From Candidatus Heimdallarchaeota archaeon (GTDB taxonomy: Archaea; Asgardarchaeota; Heimdallarchaeia; JABLTI01), in contig DXJV01000087.1 in NCBI GenBank assembly GCA_019056785.1, positions 1 through 64,000 on the forward strand: a stretch of 64,000 bases of DNA, read 5' to 3'. Of the stretch, positions 57,835-64,000 are shown in pieces; within the stretch, counting starts at the first letter, position 1, and the number at the start of each line of letters is the position of its first letter. The notes under the pieces were generated by a model. It did no database searches, was not told the DNA's origin, and saw nothing but the letters and a program-made list of their open reading frames with translations. Both the position numbers and the translations under genes were made by a program.

Positions 57835-58618
57835 TTCCTTCAACTGAAAGATTGTATTTTTTAAGGAGGAGAGCGATTTCCTTTAATTCCGTAATGGTTT
57901 GCACTGTTAATTTCTTACGGAAGAGGTGAGAGTTGAGAGTTGCGGCGGCGCGTGTAATGTCATGTTTTCGCCAAATATTCATCTCCGGGTCAGCTAAAAG
58001 GATAAAGAGCTTTTTCTTTTTCTTATCCGCTATGAGGAAAACATCTCGGTGCATGATCTCTTTGCCAATAAGCTCTTTTACCTCTCCTTTCTTAGTGACT
58101 GTGAAGATTCGTGGTAAAACACCTTGGAAGAGAAGATTCATTTTCCGAAAGACAGTATGAAGATTTGCTGTTTGAAGGTCATAGTCGTAAACAATCTCAC
58201 GAGAGATGATGTTGAAATAGGGCTCTATCAATCCATAAGAATCTAATATTTGTCGCGTATGCTCGATATTATAAATGAGGAATAGGACACAAAAACGACC
58301 ACAAGTGGCAATGCGTGTATCTTTAGAATCTTTGGCTTTAACCACAAAGGAAATGGCTAATGCCCGTAAAGATGCATGATCTTTAACAGGAAATGGCCCA
58401 AATTGTTGAATGGTTGAGCGTCTTTGTTCGTCATCCTCTATGTCATCAATAACATCTAAAGGATTATCCAAGCCAATAACGGTCATTCCTTTTATCGATA
58501 AAATCATAGCCTCATCATCACCCAAGTGAGTATTATTGAAAACAATGTTAGGGCCGCTATCGCTAAAGGTTGAAACAATCATTCCAACAAGTTTGGGTTC
58601 GTAATCATTAATATCCAT
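57821..58618 (-). CDS. Longin/uDENN-like N-terminal domain plus gelsolin-like C-terminal domain
   Basis: STFSDSGP..FGPFP..F..D.R (Asgard longin-like pattern); RIFTV..EL..DVFLI..LFI..AAATL..VQTI..E resembles a gelsolin repeat. Confidence 0.55.
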   Translation of the reverse strand: MDINDYEPKLVGMIVSTFSDSGPNIVFNNTHLGDDEAMILSIKGMTVIGLDNPLDVIDDIEDDEQRRSTIQQFGPFPVKDHASLRALAISFVVKAKDSKDTRIATCGRFCVLFLIYNIEHTRQILDSYGLIEPYFNIISREIVYDYDLQTANLHTVFRKMNLLFQGVLPRIFTVTKKGEVKELIGKEIMHRDVFLIADKKKKKLFILLADPEMNIWRKHDITRAAATLNSHLFRKKLTVQTITELKEIALLLKKYNLSVEGITQG

Positions 58619-58876
58619 CAATTTATACCTCGAGAGATTCGGAAGGGTTTTTTTACCAGGTAAAGACAAATGTACACGCAATTATTATTTGCTAACTCTT
58701 TCTTTATATGCCTTTTTAAAGGAGCATTCGTTAAAATAGCAATGAAGACTTTTAATTAATTGCCTTTAAGGATAAAAATTCCCAGAAAACAAACGAAGTT
58801 GTTAAAAAGCCAAAAAGGCTTTTGCCAGAACAAAAATACTTTAAATGAAAAAACAAGCTTAGTTAAAAAGGCGATG

Positions 58877-58929
58877 AAGTGTTTTCAAACATAATCTTGA
58901 TAAAACACTTTAGCTTATAGTATTTATAA
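58877..58929 (+). promoter_or_regulatory. Palindromic site plus TATA box upstream of pilin
   Basis: AAGTGTTTT-N16-AAAACACTT (58877-58910); TTTATAA at 58923-58929. Confidence 0.4.
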
Positions 58930-58964
58930 CTGATTGAAAAAACTCAACGGATGGTTGATAAAGT

Positions 58965-59423
58965 ATGACTCTTGGAAAAATGATTCTAAAGAAAAATAAG
59001 GCGGTTTCGCCAGTTATTGCGACTATTCTACTTATCGCTTTGACTGTTACTGCTGCTGCTATTGTTTATTTTGTCGTTGTTCCGCTTTTGAAAGGAAAGC
59101 CTGAGCTTGTCCCACTTGACTATGATAAGGTTTCAGGAACAACTGATCGCTATCAAGTCGAAATTCAAAACACAGGTGGCGCAGAAGCAAACATTGTAGG
59201 GCTTGACTCGTTCGACCTTACAAACACCACTGGTACTATTCATCCAGTAGCTGTGTACATTGGCACTGATCCAGTCAATTTCACATCACCCTATGTTTTG
59301 AACCCCAATGATTCAGTGACATTCATTTTAGACTTCGACACAGCTTTTACCTCTGGTGGAACCTACACTTTAACTATTCACTATGATGGTGGGAAGACTT
59401 TAGAGCTTGATTTTACTTACTAA
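58965..59423 (+). CDS. Archaeal type IV pilin
   Basis: Class III signal peptide KKNKA|VSPVIATILLIALTV, beta-rich C-terminal domain. Confidence 0.92.
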   Translation: MTLGKMILKKNKAVSPVIATILLIALTVTAAAIVYFVVVPLLKGKPELVPLDYDKVSGTTDRYQVEIQNTGGAEANIVGLDSFDLTNTTGTIHPVAVYIGTDPVNFTSPYVLNPNDSVTFILDFDTAFTSGGTYTLTIHYDGGKTLELDFTY

Positions 59424-59653
59424 ATTAATCTCTTCCCTTTTTTCTCTATTTTTTCTTTTTCTAATGCTTTTTTCTCAGTAAATTTTGCTTAGTTTTAAAT
59501 AGGTGGAAAACAATCTTTTTAATAAAGAACATTAGTTGAATGCAGGTTGGCATTTCTTCTAAATAGAAATGAAAACACTCTCGCAGGAGACGGTTTTTAA
59601 AACAATGACAATTAATGAAATATTAAATTAAAAAAGGGGAAAAATGAAAAACA

Positions 59654-60862
59654 ATGACAATTACTCCAACGACAATTGGGATTATTGTAGCAAGTATTGG
59701 CGTATTTTTTTTGTTGTTTCTGATTTTTATCATAAGTAGATACCGGAAATTCAAAACAAACGAATATGTGATTCGATTTAGAAATGGGAAAATCAAATCT
59801 GCAGGAAAAGGTGGTAGATGCTTCCTTATGCCGATCATCGATGAGATTGTGGTTATCCCGACTACTACACAACAAACCTTTTTAGAGGCACGAGAAAAAG
59901 TTCTCTCACGTGAGTTTCAAGACGTAGCAATTAATGCTTTTGTCTTTTGGAAAGTGGTGAAACCGGAAGTTGCCTTTACAGCAGTTTCTTGGGATCAGAA
60001 AGAAACAGATTATATTGAAAAAATCATTAAAAATGCTGCTGAAAGTATCATCCGAACAACTTGTGCCAACATGCCACTGGAATCAATAATTCGGGATCGA
60101 GGGGAAATCATCAGTGCAGTTTCAAAGGAATTACATGACTTGCTAGCAGATATGGGAATTGTCGTCATTTCTGTAGAAGTTCGAGATGTAGAAGTGTTAA
60201 ATAATAATCTCAAAAGTAATTTGGAAGCATCCAAACAAATTGCAGAAGAAGAAACCGCTCGACTCAGACGAGCGCAAATGGAAGAGGTGACAAGACTTCG
60301 AGACCTCGAGGTAAACCGGAAAACAGGCATTCAGGAACAAAGTGTTCAGATGGAAATCCAGCGAGAAGCGAAAAACAGAGAAATCCAAATCCAGAAATTG
60401 GAATTACAACGAACAGCAATTGAAGCGGACACCTTAAAGAAAAAGGTTACAATCGAAGCAGAAGCAGAGTATGAAAAGATGAAACGCTTAGCTGAAGGTG
60501 AAAAAGCCAGATTGATCGCCAAAGCAGAAGGTGAAGCTGCAGCAGTGAAAGCGAATCTAGTGGCAGAAGCAGAAGGTATTCTGGAACAAGTAAGAGCATT
60601 GGCACAAGCAGACCCGAAATTCTTCCAACTCAAAATAGTCGAGATGCTACCAGAAATTTACAAGCAATTAAATGTAGACAAAATGTTTGTGATGGGAGAT
60701 GGGCAAAAAGCCTTTTCGAGCCTTGCCGAATCAATTATTCCGTTTTTAACAGTATTACCTGAAATCACAGAAAAGAGTCTGGGCTTTACGAAAGAACTTG
60801 CTAAAGAAACAACAACTAAAAAAGACGCGGCAAAAAAGAAAGCAAAAGAGAAGGCGACATAA
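59654..60862 (+). CDS. SPFH/flotillin-family protein
   Basis: N-terminal TM, SPFH domain, EA-rich coiled coil (AEAE, AEGEA, AEAEG). Confidence 0.92.
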   Translation: MTITPTTIGIIVASIGVFFLLFLIFIISRYRKFKTNEYVIRFRNGKIKSAGKGGRCFLMPIIDEIVVIPTTTQQTFLEAREKVLSREFQDVAINAFVFWKVVKPEVAFTAVSWDQKETDYIEKIIKNAAESIIRTTCANMPLESIIRDRGEIISAVSKELHDLLADMGIVVISVEVRDVEVLNNNLKSNLEASKQIAEEETARLRRAQMEEVTRLRDLEVNRKTGIQEQSVQMEIQREAKNREIQIQKLELQRTAIEADTLKKKVTIEAEAEYEKMKRLAEGEKARLIAKAEGEAAAVKANLVAEAEGILEQVRALAQADPKFFQLKIVEMLPEIYKQLNVDKMFVMGDGQKAFSSLAESIIPFLTVLPEITEKSLGFTKELAKETTTKKDAAKKKAKEKAT

Positions 60863-60955
60863 AAAAGATATGGAGGGATGATTTGGCTCTTAAAAAGAGC
60901 CTTTCCAATCTTTTTTATGAAAAAAATGAAACACTAAAAATTTAGTACAACAAAA

Positions 60956-61864
60956 GTGAAAAAATACTCAAGGGAAAAATATAGCTTGACAATGTTTAAC
61001 CGTTTAGTTAACCAACCTCTGATTCAAGCCCGGGAGTTGCTCCCATGGGAAGTCTATCTGAAAGGCTTTTGTATTGGCTTTCTTATTTTTGGTAGTATAG
61101 TTGTCTTGTTAGTTTTGATTACAATGGGTATTAGCACTGGACATGCACTAACTCATGAGTTTGATCACGGATTAAATCATGATATTACCACAGAGGTTAA
61201 TGTTGATAAAGATTTAACCATTGATAAGGACCTCTCTATCGATAAAGGTTTACCTTTTGAGAGGGAGCTTACTTTCGACAAAGAACTTTCTGTTGATAAG
61301 GATCTCACAATTGATAAAGATGTCTCAATTACCCATGAGCTTAGTTTAGGTGAGGTTGACCATCTCCATGGGCCAATGGTTGTAGATAAAAGTGGTTCGG
61401 CACCGCTTCTTTTATTAATTGCAATTTTCTCAATTACTTTTGGCGGTTTAGGATTGTTGTTATTTTGGCAACAACCTGAAATGAATCCTTTTGCGCGACT
61501 AGCAACTATTTTAATTACACCTATTCTTTTATCAATAATTGTTGATCTCCTCTGGCGAAAAATTGCTGTTTCTGAAACATATCGTCTTCCGACAAATCAA
61601 GAATTTATCGGAAAAGAAGCAGTTGTGATGGTAGAAGTTGATGCAGAAGGGGGAACTATTCGCGTTGAATTACCCGATCAACTTGAGCCTTTGCGCGTAC
61701 CGGCAAAAGCAGTGCACAAACATCAGAAATTTCTCAAAGATGAATTAGTTTTTATTGTAGGTATTGATAAGAACTTTTATCTTGTGGATAACAGCCGAGA
61801 TTTACTCAAGGGAAAAAGTAAATTACAACTCTCAGAACCTGAAGAAAACGAAGACCAAGAGTAA
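60956..61864 (+). CDS. NfeD-like flotillin partner with internal hexapeptide repeats
   Basis: TM, D/H-rich loop, 2 TM, C-terminal OB domain (IGKEAVV..GGTIRV); follows flotillin. Confidence 0.8.
   Translation: MKKYSREKYSLTMFNRLVNQPLIQARELLPWEVYLKGFCIGFLIFGSIVVLLVLITMGISTGHALTHEFDHGLNHDITTEVNVDKDLTIDKDLSIDKGLPFERELTFDKELSVDKDLTIDKDVSITHELSLGEVDHLHGPMVVDKSGSAPLLLLIAIFSITFGGLGLLLFWQQPEMNPFARLATILITPILLSIIVDLLWRKIAVSETYRLPTNQEFIGKEAVVMVEVDAEGGTIRVELPDQLEPLRVPAKAVHKHQKFLKDELVFIVGIDKNFYLVDNSRDLLKGKSKLQLSEPEENEDQE
61202..61345 (+). repeat. Eight degenerate 18-nt coding repeats, [VIF]-D-K-[DE]-L-[ST]
   Basis: VDKDLT IDKDLS IDKGLP FERELT FDKELS VDKDLT IDKDVS ITHELS. Confidence 0.85.
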
Positions 61865-61898
61865 ACTTAAAAGAAAAAGAAGAGAAAGGCCCAAGCCT

Positions 61899-62795
61899 TC
61901 AGAGCTCCAAGTTTTTTAAGAAGGCCCGTAATTCTTCTCCGATCTCTTTATCCCGAAGACAAAAACTAACAAAGGCTTTTGCATAAAGTGGAAAAGAACC
62001 TGTATCGAATCGCTTTTCACTTTCTGCCAACTGTAAAGCAACGATTCTGCCTTCTTTGCGAAGCAAGTGCATTGCATCTGTGAGCTGTTTTTCGCCTCCC
62101 TTCCCAACTTTCACTTGTTTAATATAGTCAAAAATAACTGGTGAGAACACATAACGCCCACAGATTGCAAGATTACTCGGAGCTTCTTTGGGCGAAGGTT
62201 TCTCAATTAAGTCTTTGACTAAGTATTTCCCTTTTGTTTGTGTGCTTTTCTGCTCTTCCAAAAAAGGGCTTACAGCTAAAATGCCGTATCGATTGCAATG
62301 CTCTAATGGGATTTCCTCAACTGAAAGTGCGCAAACAGCCTTTGCCTTCCTATGAAAGTCAATGAGTCGTGCAAGATGGATTGGGCTTTGGGAGGAATCG
62401 ATAATCGTATCTCCCAATGCAACAACAAAGTTGTCATTCCCGACAAATTCCTTTGCTTTATAAACAGCATCAGCCAGGCCTGTTGGGATTGCTTGCCGGA
62501 CATAGAATATTTGCACATTCAAATTCTCCAGGGCTTCTAAATCATGTAGTTGATTTACTTTATTTTTTTTCTTCAAGTCTTCAAGAAGAATAGGGTCCCG
62601 GTCAAAATGGTCCTCAATTGCCCGTTTGTTTTTTCCAGTAATAATTAAAATATCTTTAATCCCTGCAGCTTCCATCTCTTCAACAATATATTGGATGACT
62701 GGCTTTTTTGCTACTGGTAACATCTCTTTTGGTTGGGATTTTGTTGCAGGGAGCATTCTGGTTCCCAAACCCGCTGCTGGAATGACACCTTTCAT
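61899..62795 (-). CDS. galU: UTP--glucose-1-phosphate uridylyltransferase
   Basis: PAAGLGTRMLPATK..PKEMLP, IEDHFD, EKP, GRY, QLTDA. Confidence 0.93.
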   Translation of the reverse strand: MKGVIPAAGLGTRMLPATKSQPKEMLPVAKKPVIQYIVEEMEAAGIKDILIITGKNKRAIEDHFDRDPILLEDLKKKNKVNQLHDLEALENLNVQIFYVRQAIPTGLADAVYKAKEFVGNDNFVVALGDTIIDSSQSPIHLARLIDFHRKAKAVCALSVEEIPLEHCNRYGILAVSPFLEEQKSTQTKGKYLVKDLIEKPSPKEAPSNLAICGRYVFSPVIFDYIKQVKVGKGGEKQLTDAMHLLRKEGRIVALQLAESEKRFDTGSFPLYAKAFVSFCLRDKEIGEELRAFLKNLEL

Positions 62796-63017
62796 ATAAC
62801 TTTCACAACCACTTTTCTTATTTTATTATTGAGATAAATTTCTCATCACCCATATATTAGAGAGGTTTATATCAATATAAAACTTCGGGAATTTTTTTAT
62901 AAAGACACAAAATACCAAATTTTTTAGGTCTTGTAGAGCGACTATTAAACCGACAAAACCCAAACAGAAGCAATAAAGAAAGAAAAAGAAGAGGTTCATT
63001 GCAAAAAAGCAATGAAT

Positions 63018-64000
63018 TTATACGTCACGATTGTTGTAATTGACAGAGGGGTCTCGGTCGGAGGGATGGAAATAGTCGAGGATTTTATCAGAAATACGCT
63101 TAAGGTCCCGTTTTGGATTTGGGAACGCAGCAAGAAGATCCCAACCTATGTCCAAAGTCGCAAAAATCGACCGATTCTCATCTCTTCCTTGATTGATGAA
63201 CTTGGCTTCAAATTCATCGGCAAATTTGAGATAGAGGTGGTCTTCTTCTGTCAAGGATTCTTCACCGACAACTGCAACTAAATTCCGGAGGTCAATACCT
63301 CGAGAATAGGCATAATACAATTGGTCGGCGAGTTCTTTATGGTCTCTTCGTGTCAAACCTTTCCCAATGCCTTCTTTCATCAACCGAGATAAAGAGGGGC
63401 CAACATTGATTGGTGGATAAATTCCCCGACGATGCAATCCTCTATCAAGAAGTACTTGTCCTTCTGTTATGTAACCAGAAAGGTCAGGCACAGGATGCGT
63501 CATATCATCGTTTGGCATGGAAAGAATGGGCATTTGCGTGATGGTGCCTTTCTTCCCTCGAATCCGTCCGGCACGTTCATAAATACTTGCCAAGTCAGAA
63601 TACAAGTAGCCAGGATATCCACGTCTTCCGGGCACTTCTTCTCTTGCAGCACCAATCTCTCGGAGTGATTCAGCATAATTTGTCATATCAGTCAAAATAA
63701 CAAGAAGATGCATATCGCATTCATAGGCAAGATATTCCGCAGCTGTTAAAGCAAGGCGTGGAGTAATGATCCGTTCGATGGCAGGGTCATCTGCAAGATT
63801 AAGAAAGAGAACAACACGATCCAAAGCACCACTTTTTTGAAATTCGTTTCTAAAGAATTGTGCTTCTTCTGCCGTTATACCCATTGCAGCAAAAACAACT
63901 GCAAATTCTTCTTTTTCACCCAATACAGTTGCCTGTCTGGCAATTTGTGCTGCTACTTCATTATGTGGCAACCCACTTGCAGAAAAGATCGGCAATTTTT
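63018..64000 (-). CDS. atpB: A/V-type ATP synthase subunit B (5' part outside window)
   Basis: [39 protein letters not shown]. Confidence 0.97.
   Translation of the reverse strand, partial: KLPIFSASGLPHNEVAAQIARQATVLGEKEEFAVVFAAMGITAEEAQFFRNEFQKSGALDRVVLFLNLADDPAIERIITPRLALTAAEYLAYECDMHLLVILTDMTNYAESLREIGAAREEVPGRRGYPGYLYSDLASIYERAGRIRGKKGTITQMPILSMPNDDMTHPVPDLSGYITEGQVLLDRGLHRRGIYPPINVGPSLSRLMKEGIGKGLTRRDHKELADQLYYAYSRGIDLRNLVAVVGEESLTEEDHLYLKFADEFEAKFINQGRDENRSIFATLDIGWDLLAAFPNPKRDLKRISDKILDYFHPSDRDPSVNYNNRDV

Overview
Archaeal chromosomal window, most likely from an Asgard archaeon (inferred from an Arf-like GTPase, longin/uDENN- and gelsolin-like domains, eS26, a non-canonical EF-2 diphthamide loop and scattered A/V-ATPase genes). 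Most of it is housekeeping: tRNA-processing cluster, porG-D-A-B, alaS, an 18-gene ribosomal protein operon (uL22 to uL15), A/V-ATPase I/K/C/B, tldD/E, pyrG, rio2, a pilin, flotillin/NfeD and galU. The first ~5.6 kb stands out. It holds an array-less, type III-derived RAMP module (Cas7-like gene plus a Cas5-like gene fused to a Cas10-type permuted HD domain), divergent from an AbrB + HEPN pair. The module ends in a GC-rich multi-stem element (~3263-3391) that abuts an EF-2 gene. That junction is also where strand asymmetry flips sharply: only 3 of 220 EF-2 codons at 3421-4080 end in A, versus 21 of the last 60, while the cas genes to the left avoid T-ending codons. Other notable points: a tRNA-Gln(CUG) with a 42-nt D-loop intron, long Lys/Thr/Ala tails on uS3, uL18 and eL32, a decaying longin-Arf-7TM operon, a longin+gelsolin-like fusion, and a probable ATT start for ATPase subunit K. 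All calls come from reading motifs by eye; no searches were run.
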